A stretch of DNA of 64,000 bases from the human T2T-CHM13v2.0 reference genome, Homo sapiens, in NCBI RefSeq assembly GCF_009914755.1, contig NC_060929.1; one strand, written 5' to 3'. Below are positions 44,131 to 59,929 of this stretch, piece after piece. The notes beneath the pieces were generated by a model that had not been told where the DNA came from, made no database searches, and saw nothing but the letters and a program-made list of their open reading frames with translations. The position numbers and the translations under genes are program-made. The number at the start of each line of letters is the position of its first letter. Position 1 is the first letter of the stretch.

Positions 44131-44949
44131 AATTTGCACATTTTCTTACATTGCTCTCCAATTCAAAGCCACTGTGCCAGCGTGGTTGATTTCTTCACTG
44201 ACACTGGAAGCACTTCTAAGGCTTTCTTACACTGTTCTCTCTGGCTGCAATGCTATCTTTCTGTCTAAGGTGCCCTTCAAGGCTCCGATCAAGATTTTTG
44301 GAGCCTGTTCTGAGTATACCAGTTAAGTTACCCCTTTTGTCTTTGGACAAACTAATTCTGTACCTTTTTTTGCTTTTAAATTTCCCATAGGTAAGAATAT
44401 GTAAAAACATAAGTTCTTCCAGGACTGTGGCTTATTTTGTACATACTGCTGGCATGCTGCTTTGTGAATACCAGCTGTGTTTTGTGGGTTAATTACAGTG
44501 GACTGCGTGATGAAAAATGATACCTTTTTCTTGGTCACCGCACAAGAATCCACTGCAGTCTTTTTCATGTAGCTGATAGTTACTGGAGTTTACTATTGTC
44601 CATTTTTCTTTCCCACCATAGAAAATAGGGTCTAAACAGGCTTTCTATTTGATCTTACTCTGTAACTATACCATCAGCCTAATTATTAAATAATTCTAAT
44701 TGAATATTAATAAATGTCACTAATAATAATTTAAGTGTTCTATGCAATTACCTATTTCTATAAGTTTTCAATAAATATTTAAAGTTTTACAGTACAGTGA
44801 TTATAATTGCTTTTCAGGATATAAAGATCACACCAAAAGCCATATTTGTTCCTGAATCAGAGGCTATTCATAATTCATTCTTATCTAGATGACAAACTCA
44901 GGCAGGACTCCATTCCCTATTACCTCTGTAACTACAGTTAGAACTAGAC

Positions 44950-45750
44950 TGGAGTTGCTGTCACAGAGTTAATTGAAATAAAAAATGAAGTCAGAATTCT
45001 GATTGGTTATTTAGTTTGACAATGATGAATAGCTTTACTAATTAGATTTCTATAATGGGTATTTTTAATATACATTAATACATTTAATAAAACTTCAAGC
45101 TACAGATTTAACTAAATTTATTACAAGCATGTTAATAATATTCAATATACTTAACAATATTTTAGTTTTCCCAACCTTTTCTGAGTATATTAGGTTAAAC
45201 AGGATGTCTCTCAATGAGAGACTGAGAGGTGTAATTAATAGTCTTTTGATCCATCTTGGAAGAGTCTTTTTGATATATTTCCCAGAAATTGTGAAATTGA
45301 TGTCTCTAAAGATGGGTAACAAATCTCTTCACAATTCAGGATGATTTCCATTTCTTTGCTTTCAACAAAATTGAGGAAGACCTAATTGAGTTGTCAGCTG
45401 ATGGATCACAAAAATAATATTTGAAGATGTGCCACTGTGTAGTTTTGGCATGTAAAGTGGAAGACGTTCAAAGAGTTGAATGACATTTCTATAGAAAATT
45501 TTGCCCCAATTACATCTATTTTTAATTGTGAACAAAGATTCTCAGAGCTTACAAAAAAACACATTAGAACTGATACTAAACCCAGTCTCATTATAGCAAT
45601 AAATAATATTCATCCACCAAAACATAAGTGAAATTAAAAATCTTCACCTGTCCCATGAAGACAAATAATTTCTAATTTTTTCTTTTTATGTTTAAAATTT
45701 AAAATACATTTATATTGTAGCTATATGTAATAATAAGTATCATAATAATA
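44950..45750 (+). mobile_element. Charlie-type hAT transposase fossil (probably continuing at ~47220-47440)
   Basis: Degenerate coding resembling the hAT C-terminal dimerisation region (LIELSAD.S ... CEQRFS.LT ... I.NIHP). Confidence 0.6.
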
Positions 45751-45759
45751 CTGAATAAT

Positions 45760-45995
45760 TTTTTTTTAAATTTTATTTTATTTTAAGTTCTGGGACAATG
45801 TGCAGGACATGCAGGTTTGTTAACACGTAAACATGTGCCATGGTGATTTGCTGCACCTGTCAACCCATAACCTAGGTATTAAGTCCTGCATGCATTAGCT
45901 ATTTATCCTGATGATTTCCCTCCTCCTGCCCCACTGACAGGCCCCAGTGTGTGTTGTTCCCCTCCCTGTGTCCATGTGCTCTCATTGTTCAGCTT

Positions 45996-46029
<34 letters not shown>

Positions 46030-47215
46030 TTTAAATTTCACATGGGTAAGAATATGTAAAAACATAAGTGGGAACATGTAGTGTTTGGTTTTCTGTTCCT
46101 GTGTTAGTTTGCTGAGGATAATGGCTTCCAGCTCCATCTATGCCCCTGCAAAGGACATGATCTCATTCCTTTTTATGGCTGCATAGTGTTCCATGGTGTA
46201 TATGTACCACACTTTCTTTATCCAGTCTATCATCGATGGACATTTGGGTTGATTCCATGTCTTTGCTATTGTGAATAGTGCTGCAATGAACATACACATG
46301 CATGCGTCTTTATAATAGAATAATTTATATTCTTTTGGGTATATAGCCAGTAATGGGATTGCTGAGTCAAATGGTATTTCTAGTTCTCGGTCTTTGAGGA
46401 ATCACCACACTGTCTTCCACAATGATTGAACAAATTTATATTCTCACCAATAGTGTAAAAGCGTTCCTATTTCTCCAAAGCCTCACCAGCATCTGTTGTT
46501 TCTTGACTTTTTAATAATCGCCATTCTGACTGGTGTGAGATGGTATCTCATTGTGGTTTTGATTTGCATTTCTCTAATGATCAGTGATGTTGAGCTTTTT
46601 TTTCATATGTTTGTTGGCCCCATAAATGTCTTTTGAGAAGTGTCTGTTCATGTCCTTTGCCCACTTTAAATTTGTTTGAGTTTCTTGTAGATTCTGGATA
46701 TTAGATCTTTGTCAGATGGATGGATTGCAAAAGTTTTCTCTGATAGCTTCTTTTGCTGTGCAGAAGCTCTTTAGTTTAATCAGATCCCATTTGTCAATTT
46801 TTGCTGTTGTTGCAATTGCTGTTGATGTTTCTGTCATGAAATCTTTGCCTGTGCCTACGTCTTGAATGGTATTGCCTATATTGTCTTCTAGGGTTTCTAT
46901 AGTTTTGGGTTTTACATTTAAGTCTTTAATCCATCTTTAGTTAATTTTTGTGCAATGTATAAGGAAGGGGTCCAGTTTCAATTTTCTGCATATGGCTAGC
47001 TAGTTTTCCCAGCACATTTATTAAATAGAAAATTATTTCCCCATTGCTTGTTTTTGTCAGGTTTGTCAAAGATCAGATGTTTGTAGATGTATGATCTTAT
47101 TTCTGAGATCTCTATTCTGTTCCATTGGTTTATGTGTTTATTTTTATACCAGCACCATGCTGTTTTGGTTACTGTAGCCTCGTAGTATAGTTTGAAGTTA
47201 GATAGCATGATGCCT
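45760..47215 (-). mobile_element. 5'-truncated L1PA (PA8-12-like)
   Basis: L1PA 3' UTR and ORF2 3' portion; carries a foreign insert at ~45994-46063. Confidence 0.9.
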
Positions 47216-48359
47216 CTCAAGGAAAAATTTTCACCCTCAAAAGCCTTACAAGTTATTTAATTTACATATTAATACATATATTTGGTTGCAGAGGAAGATG
47301 AAAGGTGATCAATAAAGTATTTTCAAGTATGAGATATTTTACATGAAGATATTCTGTGGGGAAAGTGGAATAAAATACAAATTCAAGGAAAAAATGATGT
47401 AAAATTTATGAGCATTAAAGAAGAGCTTTTTATAATATACTTTTTCTTTAATATTTTATTATTTTTATTATTACTATTATTTTTATTTGAATAGGTTTTT
47501 GGGGAACAGGTGGTGTTTGGTTACATGATTAAGTTCTTTAGGGGTAATTTCTGAGATTTTGTTGCTCCCATCACCTGAGCAGTGTTGTGTACCCAATGTG
47601 TAGTCCTTTATCCCTCACCCCCCACCCCACCCTTTCCCCTGAGTCCCAAAAGTCCATTGTATCATTCTCATGCATTTTTGTCCTCATAGCTTAGCTCTCA
47701 CTTACAAGTGAGAACATATAATGTTTGTTTTTTCAGTCCTGACTTACTTCACTTAGAATAATGGTCTCCACCTCCATCCAGCTGGCTGCAAATGCCACTG
47801 TTTTTTTTATGGCTGAGTAGTATTCCATGGTATATACATACCACATTTTCTTTATCCACTTCTTCATTGATGGGCATTTGAGCTGGTTCCATATTTTTGC
47901 AATTGTGAATTGTGCTGCTATAAACATGCATTTGCAAGTATCTTTTTTGTATAATGACTTCTTTTCCTATGGGTAGATACCCTGTCTTGGGACTACTGGA
48001 TCAAATGGTAGCTCTACTTTTAGTTCTTTAAGGAAACTCCACACTGTTTGCCATAATGGTTGTACTAGTTTACATTCCCACCAGCAGTGTAAAAGTGTTC
48101 CCCTTTCACCACATCCATGCTAACATCTATTATTTTTTTATTAAGCCTATTCTCGTAGAGTAAGGTGATATCTCATTGTGGTTTTGATTTGAATTTCCGT
48201 GATAATTAGTGATGTTGAGCATTTTTTCATGTTTGTTGGCCATTTGTATATCTGCTTTTGAGAATTGTCTCTTCATGTCATTAGCCCACTTTTTGATGGC
48301 ACTGTTTGTTTTTTTTTCTTGCTAATTTGTTTGATATTTTCAAACTATGCAAATTCACT

Positions 48360-48452
48360 TCTATCCAACAAAGGACATAGTTTAATATTTTCAAACTATG
48401 CAAATTCAATGCATAGTTTGAAAATATTAAACTATGTCCTTTGTTGGATAGA
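48360..48452. repeat. Perfect 43-bp inverted repeat with 7-nt spacer
   Basis: 48360-48402 is the exact reverse complement of 48410-48452. Confidence 0.95.
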
Positions 48453-49086
48453 TACTTTGCAAATATTTTCTCCCATTCTGTGGGTTGTCTGTTTACTCTG
48501 CTGACTATTTCTTTTGCTGTTCCAAAGCTCTTTAGTTTAATTAATTCCTATCTATTTATCCTTGTTTTTATTGCGTTTGCTTTTGGGTTCTTGGTCATAA
48601 AGTCTTTGCCTAAGCCAATGTCTAGAAGGGTTTTTCTGGTGTTATCTTCTAGAATTTTTATGGTTTCATGTCTTAGATTTAAGTCTTTGATCCATCTTGA
48701 GTTGATTTTTGTGTAAGGTGAGAGATGAGAATCCAGTTTCATTCTTCTATATTGGCTTGCCAATTATACCAGCACATTTTGTTGAATAGGGTGTCCTTTC
48801 CACACTTTACGTTTTCATTTGTTTTGTCAAAAAACAGTTGGCTGTAAGTATTTGGCTTTATTTCTGGGTTCTTTATTCTTTTTCCTTGCTCTATGTACCA
48901 ATTTTTATATCAGCATCATGCTGTTTTGGTGCCTATAGCCTTAATAGTATACTTTGAAGTCCAGTAATATGATGCCTCCAGATTTGTTCTTTTGCTTAGT
49001 GTTGCTTTGGCTATATGAGCTCTTTTTGGTTCCATGTGAATTTTAGGATTTTTTTTCTAGTTCTCTGAAGAATGATGGTGGTATTT

Positions 49087-49448
49087 TGATATGGTTTGGC
49101 TGTGTCCCCACCCAAACCTCATCTTGAATTATATCTCCCATAATTTCCAGTGTTGTGGGAGGGACCTGGTGGGAGATAATGGAATTATGGTAGTGGTTTC
49201 CCGTACTCTTCTCATGGTAGTGAATGAGTCTCATGAGATCTGACGGTTTTATATGGGGAAACCCCTTTCACTTGGCTTTCATTCTCTCTCTTGCCTGCCA
49301 CCATGTAAGACATGTCTTTCACTTTCCCACCATGATTGTTCTGCCTCCCCAGCCACATGAAACTGTGGGTCCATTAAACCTTTTTTTCTTTGTAAATTAC
49401 CCAATCTCAGGTATGTCCTTATCAGCAGCATGAAAATGGACTAATACA
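49087..49448 (+). mobile_element. THE1 solo LTR inserted in the L1PB
   Basis: tgatatggtttggctgtgtccccacccaaa...ggactaataca, 362 bp, TSD tattt. Confidence 0.93.
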
Positions 49449-52400
49449 TATTTTAATGGGAATTGCATTGAATTTTTAGATTGCTTTTGGCAGTATGGTC
49501 ATTTTCATAATATTGATTCTACCCATCCATGAGCATAGGATATGTTTCCATTTGTCTATGTCATCTGTGATTTCTTTCAGCAGTGTTTTGTAGTTTTCCT
49601 TGTAGAAATCTTTCACCTCCTTGGTTAGGTATATTCCTAAGTATTTTATTTCATTTTTTTTTTGGCTCTTGTAAAAGGGCTTGAGCTCTTGATTTGATTC
49701 TCAGCCTTGTTGCTATTGGTGTACAGCAGTGCTACTGCTTTCTGTACATTAATTTTGTATCCTGAAACTTTACTGAATTCACTTATCAGTTCCAGGAGCT
49801 TTTTGGATGAGTCTTTAGGGTTTTATAGGTATACAGTCATATCATCTGTGAACAGCAACAGTTCAGTTTTACTTCCTCTTTACTGATTTGGATGCCCTTG
49901 ATTTTTTTCTCTTGTCTGATTGCTCTGGCTAGGAATTTCAGTACTAGTACTATGTTGAATAAAAGTGGTGAAAGTGGGCACTCTTTTCTTGTTCCAGTTT
50001 TCTAAAGCAATGTTTTCAACTTTTCCCCATTCAGTATTATGTTGGCTGTGGGTTTGTCATAGATGGCTTTTTATTACCTTAAGGTATGTCCCTTCTATGC
50101 TGATTTTGATGAGAGTTTTAATAATAAAGGAATGCTAGATTTTGTCAAATGCTTTTTCTGCTTCTATTGAGATGATCATGCAATTTTTGTTTTTAATTCT
50201 GTTTATGTGGTGTATCACAGTTATTGACTTGCTTATGTTAAACCATCCCTGCATTCCTGGTATAAAACTCGCTTGATCATGGTGGATTATCTTTTCAATA
50301 TGCTATTGTATTTGGTTAGGTAGTATTTTATTAAGTATTTTAGCATCTATGTTCATCAGGGATATTAGTCTGTGGTTTTTTTTTTTTTTTGGTTATATTC
50401 TTTCCTGGTTTTGGTATTAGGGTGATATTGGCTTCATAGAATGATTTAGAAAGGAGTCCCTCTTTCTCTGTCTTGTGGAATAGGGTCAGTAGGATTGATA
50501 CCAATTCTTCTTTGAATATCTCACAGAATTCAGTTGTGAATCAATCTGGTCCTGGGCTTTTTTGTTGGCAATTTTAAAAATTCCATTTCAATCTCACTGC
50601 TTGTTATTTGTTCAGAGTTTCTGTTTCTCCCTGGTTTAATCTAAGAGGGTTGTATCTTTCCAGGAATTTATCCCTCTCCTCCACGTTTTCTAGTTTGTGT
50701 GCAAAACGGTGTTCATGATAGCCTGGAATGATCTTTTGTATTTCTGTGGTACCAGTTGTAATATCTCCTGTTTCATTTCTAATTGAAGTTGTTTGGATCG
50801 TCTCTCTTCTTTTCTTGGCTAATCTCACTAATGGTGTATCAATTTTGTTTATCTTTTCAAATAGCCACCTTTTTGTTTCATTTACAATCCTTTTTTTTGT
50901 TTCAGTTTCCTTTAATTCTGCTCTGATCTTGGTTTTTTTTTGTTTTTTTTTTTTCCTGCGGAGTTTGGGTTTGGTTTGTTCTTATTTCTCTAGCTCCTTG
51001 AGGTGTGACCTCAGATTGTCTATTAGTGTTCTTTCAGACTTTCTGATGTAGGCGTTTAATGCTACATACTTCCCTCTTAGCACGACTTATGCCATATCTC
51101 AGAGATTTTGATAGGTTGTGTCACTATTATTGTTCAGTTCAAAAAAATTTTAATTTTCATCTTGTTTCTATTGTCCAAATGATCATTCAGGAGCAGGTTG
51201 TTTAATTTCCATATATTCGCGTGGTTTTGAAGGTTCCTTTTGGAGTTGATTTCCAGTTTTATTCCACTATGGTCTGAGAGAGTACTTGATACAATTTCGA
51301 TTTTCTTAAATTTATTGAGACTTGTTTTGTGGCCTATCATATGGTCTATCTTGGAGAACGTTTCATGTGCTGATGAGTAAAATGTATATTCTGCACTTGT
51401 TGGGTAAAATGTATTGTAAGTATCTGTTAAGTTCATTTGTTCTAGGGTGTGGTTTAAGTCCATTGTTTCTTTGTTGACTTTCTCTCTTGATGACCTGTAT
51501 AATGTTGTCAGTGGAGTATTGAATTCCCCCATTATTATTATGTTGCTGTCTATCTCATTTACTAGGTCTAAAGTAGTAATTGTTTTATAAATTTGGGACC
51601 TCCAGGTTAGGTGCATATATATTTAGAAATGTGATGTTTCCTTGTTGGACTAGTCATTTTATCATTATAAAATGTCCTTCTTTGTCTTTTTTAACTGTTG
51701 TTGCTTTAAAATCTGTTTTGTCTGATGTAAGAACAGCTACTCCTGTTCACTTTTGGTGTCCATTTGCATGGAATATCTTTTTTGACCCCTTTACCTTAAG
51801 TTTACATGAGTCCTTATGTGTTAGATGAATCTCTTGAAGACAGCAGATACTTGGTTGGTGAATTCTTATTCATTCTGCCATTCTGTGTCTTTTCAGTGGA
51901 GCATTTAGGCCATTTACATTCACGTTAGTATTGAGATATGAGGTACTATTCTATTCGTTGTGCTAGTTGTTGCCTGAATGCCTTGTTTTTTTATTCATTG
52001 TGGTATTGTATACTAGTCCTATGAGATTTATGCTTTAAGGAGGTTCTATTTTGGTGTATTTTGAGGATTTGTTTCAAGACTTAGAGCTCCTTTTAGCAGT
52101 TCTTATAGTACTGTTTTGGTAGTGATGAATTCTCTCTGTATTTGTTTGTCTGTAAAAGACTGTATCTTTCTTTCATTTATGAAGCCTAGTTTTGCTGGAT
52201 ACAAAATTCTTGGTAATTGTTTTTTTTAAGGAGGCTAAAAACAGGCCCCCAATCTCTTCTAGCTTTTAGGGTTTCTGCTGAGAAATCTGCTGTTAATCTG
52301 ATAGGTTTTCCTTTATAGGTTAGCTGATGTTTTTGCTTCACAGCTCTTAAGATTTTTTCCTTCATCTTGACTTTAGATAACCTGATGACAAGGTGCCTAG

Positions 52401-52615
52401 GCAATGATCTTTTTGCAATAAATTTCCTGGATGTTCTTTGAGCTTCTTGTATTTGGGTGTCTCGATCTCTAGCAAGGCTGGGGAAGTTTTGCTTGATTAT
52501 TCCCTCAAATATGTTTTCCAAACTTTTAGATTTCTCTTCTTCCTCAGGGACACCAATTATTCTTAGGTTTGGTCATTTAACATAATCCCAAACTTTTTGG
52601 AGGCTTTGTTCTTTT

Positions 52616-52658
<43 letters not shown>

Positions 52659-52868
52659 TTATTATTTTACTTTAAGTTTTAGGGTACATGTGCACAATGT
52701 GCAAGTTAGTTACATATGTATACATGTGCCATGCTGGTGCGCTGCACCCACTAACTCGTCATCTAGCATTAGGTATATCTCCCAATGCTATCCCTCCCCC
52801 CTCCCCCCACCCCACAACAGTCCCCAGAGTCTGATGTTCCCCTTCCTGTGTCCATGTGTTCTCATTGT

Positions 52869-56691
<3,823 letters not shown>

Positions 56692-56754
56692 TATGATGTT
56701 AGCTGGTTATTTTGCTCATTAGTTGATGCAGTTTCTTCCTAGTCTCGATGGTCT

Positions 56755-57771
56755 TTACATTTTGGCATGATTTTGCAGTGGCTGGTACCAGTTGTTCCTT
56801 TCCATGTTTAGCGCTTCCTTCAGGAGCTCTTTTAGGGCAGGCCTGGTGGTAACAAAATCTCTCAGCATTTGCTTGTCTGTAAAGGATTTTATTTCTCCTT
56901 CACTTATGAAGCTTAGTTTGGCTGGATATGAAATTCTGGGTTGAAAATTCTTTTCTTTAAGAATGTTGAATATTGGCCCCCACTGTCTTCTGGCTTGTAG
57001 AGTTTCTGCCGAGAGATCAGCTGTTAGTCTGCTGGGCTTCCCTTTGAGGGTAACCTGACCTTTCTCTCTGGCTGTCCTTAACATTTTTTCCTTCATTTCA
57101 ACTTTGTTGAATCTGACAGTGATGTGTCTTGGAGTTGCTCTTCTTGAGGAGTATCTTTGTGGCATTCTCTGTATTTCCTGAATCTGAATGTTGGCCTGCT
57201 TTGCTAGATTGGGGAAGTTCTCCTGGATAATATCCTGCAGAGTGTTTTCCAACTTGGTTCCATTCTCCCCATCACTTTCAGGTACACCAATCAGATGTAG
57301 ATTTGGTCTTTTCACATAGTCCCATATTTCTTGGAGGCTTTGTTCATTTCTTTTTATTCTTTTTTCTCTAAACTTCCCTTCTCGCTTCATTTCATTCATT
57401 TCATCTTCCTTCGCTGATACCCTTTCTTCCAGTTGATTGCATCGGCTCCTGAGGCTTCTGCATTCTTCACATAGTTCTTGAGCCTTGGTTTTCAGCTCCA
57501 TCAGCTCCTTTAAGCACTTCTCTATATTGGTTATTCTGGTTATACATTCTTCTAAATTTTTTTCAAAGTTTTCAACTTCTTTGCCTTTGGTTTGAATTTC
57601 CTCCCATAGCTCGGAGTAATTTGATCGTCTGAAACCTTCTTCTCTCAACTCGTCAAAGTCATTCTCCATCCAGCTTTGTTCCATTGCTGGTGAGGAACTG
57701 CGTTCCTTTGGAGGAGGTGAGGCGCTCTGCTTTTTAGAGTTTGCAGTTTTTCTGCTCTGTTTTTTCCCCAT
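56755..57771 (-). CDS. ORF1: Intact L1 ORF1p reading frame (338 aa RNA-binding protein)
   Basis: Full-length open frame with coiled coil, REKG, ARR and YPAKLS motifs; expression is not shown. Confidence 0.85.
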   Translation of the reverse strand: MGKKQSRKTANSKKQSASPPPKERSSSPAMEQSWMENDFDELREEGFRRSNYSELWEEIQTKGKEVENFEKNLEECITRITNIEKCLKELMELKTKAQELCEECRSLRSRCNQLEERVSAKEDEMNEMKREGKFREKRIKRNEQSLQEIWDYVKRPNLHLIGVPESDGENGTKLENTLQDIIQENFPNLAKQANIQIQEIQRMPQRYSSRRATPRHITVRFNKVEMKEKMLRTAREKGQVTLKGKPSRLTADLSAETLQARRQWGPIFNILKEKNFQPRISYPAKLSFISEGEIKSFTDKQMLRDFVTTRPALKELLKEALNMERNNWYQPLQNHAKM

Positions 57772-58289
57772 CTTTGTGGTTTTATCTGCTTTTGGTCTGT
57801 GATGATGGTGATGTACAGATGGGTTTTTGGTGTGGATGTCCTTTCTGTTTGTTAGTTTTCCTTCTAACAGACAGGACCCTCAGCTGCATGTCTGTTGGAG
57901 TTTGCTGGAGGTCCACTCCAGACCATGTTTGCCTGGGTATCAGCAGCGGTGGCGGCAGAACAGTGGATATTGGTGTGAGGTGTCAGTCTGCCCCTGCTGG
58001 GGGGTGCCTCCCAATTAGGCTGCTTGGGGGTCAGGGGTCAGGGACCCACTTGTGGAGGCAGTCTGCACGCTCTCAGATCTCCAGCTGCGTGTGAGGAGAA
58101 CCACTGCTCTCTTCAAAGCTGTCAGACAGGGACATTTAAGTCTGCAGAGGTTACTGCTGTCTTTTTGTTTGTCTGTGCCCTTCCCCCAGAGGTGGAGCCT
58201 ACAGAGGCAGGCAGGCCTCCTTGAGCTGTGGTGGGCTCCACCCAGTTCGAGCTTCCAGGCTGCTTTGTGTACCTAAGCAAGCCTGGGCA

Positions 58290-58451
58290 ATGGCGGGCGC
58301 CCCTCCCCCAGACTCGCTGCCAACTTGCAGTTTGATCTCAGACTGCTGTGCTAGCAATCAGCGAGACTCCGTGGGTGTAGGACTCTCCGAGCCAGGCGTG
58401 GGATATAATCTCCTGGTGCGCCATTTTTTAAGCCTGTCAGAAAAGTATTGA
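58290..58451 (+). CDS. ORF0: Truncated L1 ORF0 (53 aa) in the antisense promoter region
   Basis: MAGAPPPDSLPTCSLISDCCASNQRDSVGVG...SEKY*; matches primate ORF0 up to the 5' breakpoint of the element. Confidence 0.6.
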   Translation: MAGAPPPDSLPTCSLISDCCASNQRDSVGVGLSEPGVGYNLLVRHFLSLSEKY

Positions 58452-59621
58452 TATTATTTTAAAATATCAATACTTATTTGTTACTTATTTGTAATATAAA
58501 CCATTATTTGATGGTTTATATTAACATCAACTTCACTAAGAGTCTGTTTCCTTTTTTTTTTTAAATTAGGAAGAAGTGATGAGTTTTATAAAAAGTTTAC
58601 TTTCCTCTTTAAATTTTTCTGGAATATAATTCTGTTCCTTCTTTTAGGAAAATCTTCAGGATTTATTAGTAGTAGTTTTCAGAAAGTGGTAGTTCCTTTA
58701 TTTTTTGTCCTCTGCTTTGTGACATCAGACCACATGTTGGCTGTTCTTTGTTTGTCCCTCTTATTTATTATTGTCATAAGGTCGCTTTTGTCTCTGTCTT
58801 TTATGTCCTCCCTTGTGTGATTTTTCCCAAAGCTGTCTTATAAATCACTGACTTGGATTTCTGTCATGTTGATTATGTTCCTTTATGCATTTAGCTTATT
58901 GCTTGGTCCTTAATCATGTTGTTTTTACTTTTGATATTTTTTCCCCTTAATTCTGCAATCTCACTTAAAAAAAAATTAAATTCTACCATCTATCATCTGA
59001 TTGTGATCTTTAAAACACAGATTTAATGTTTTCTTAAATGTGGAGAATTTAAGGGCAGGAAAGATTTGTGTTCCTGAATTTTGTTCTGTTTCTTGGAGTA
59101 TGTCTTCTCCCTGAGTGTATTGTATGCCTATTTTTTTTATGCTATGTTCAATTCCATCCTCCGTTCTCTCTTCTACTCCCCTGCCTTGTTTTATTAATTG
59201 CTTCATGTACTTTCTTTTCAGCTCACTGAAATTTGTTGGGGGCAGCCATCATTAGGCCTTCATTTCACCGAACTAACATATGGGTGAATTCTTTTTAATT
59301 CACTTCCCACTTATGGTAGAGAATATGTTGTTCCTCAATATCCATTTCTCCTTCTCCCTCAGTAATAGAAACCCTGAATTTGAGTTGAACATGTGGGTGA
59401 CTTCTTTCTAGAATGACTGACAAATAGAATGCCTGCTCCCTTTAGGGGGAAGCCCAAACTACATAAATGTGGCCAGATTCCATGACCCTATAAAGCATTG
59501 TTTCTCATGGGGGTGTTACAATGTAACTTAGGCACAACTTTATTAGTCTTATTGCAAGAGGAATACATGTTCACTCAGCTAACATCTATTCCTGTGAAAT
59601 TTTAAATAATATAAAGAAATC

Positions 59622-59760
59622 TATTAAAGTCATCATAGTCTCACCATTCATTAAAGTCATCATAATCTTACCACTCGTAATCTCAGCATTCACTCACTCA
59701 TCATAATCTCACCATTCACTCACTCATCATAATCTCACCACTCATAATCTCACGACTCAT
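59622..59760. repeat. Degenerate minisatellite built on CATAATCTCACCA(T/C)TC
   Basis: About 6 copies of the core, with two higher-order units of ~25-27 bp. Confidence 0.85.
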
Positions 59761-59929
59761 GGATAACCCCTGTTAATATCTTATTGGATATGATTTCAGT
59801 ATTCTTGCTAAATATACATATGGCTTTTCCAAGATAAAAATGCGATAATACCATTTTACAGCTTCATTTTTTTATTTAATAATACAAGTAAATTTGTTTT
59901 TCATGTATTAAAACTTCTATAAAATTATT

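Larger units (their letters stand above)
47470..52611 (-). mobile_element. L1PB (L1PB1-like): 3' UTR, decayed ORF2 and 3' part of ORF1
   Basis: ggtttttggggaacaggtggtgtttggttacatg 3' end; endonuclease remnant (FSKIDHM...LSDHSGIKLEI); ORF1 remnant at 52186-52521. Confidence 0.9.

Noticed and set aside
59622-59760. CRISPR-like array
   Set aside because: Eukaryotic DNA; degenerate tandem units with no unique spacers and no cas genes.
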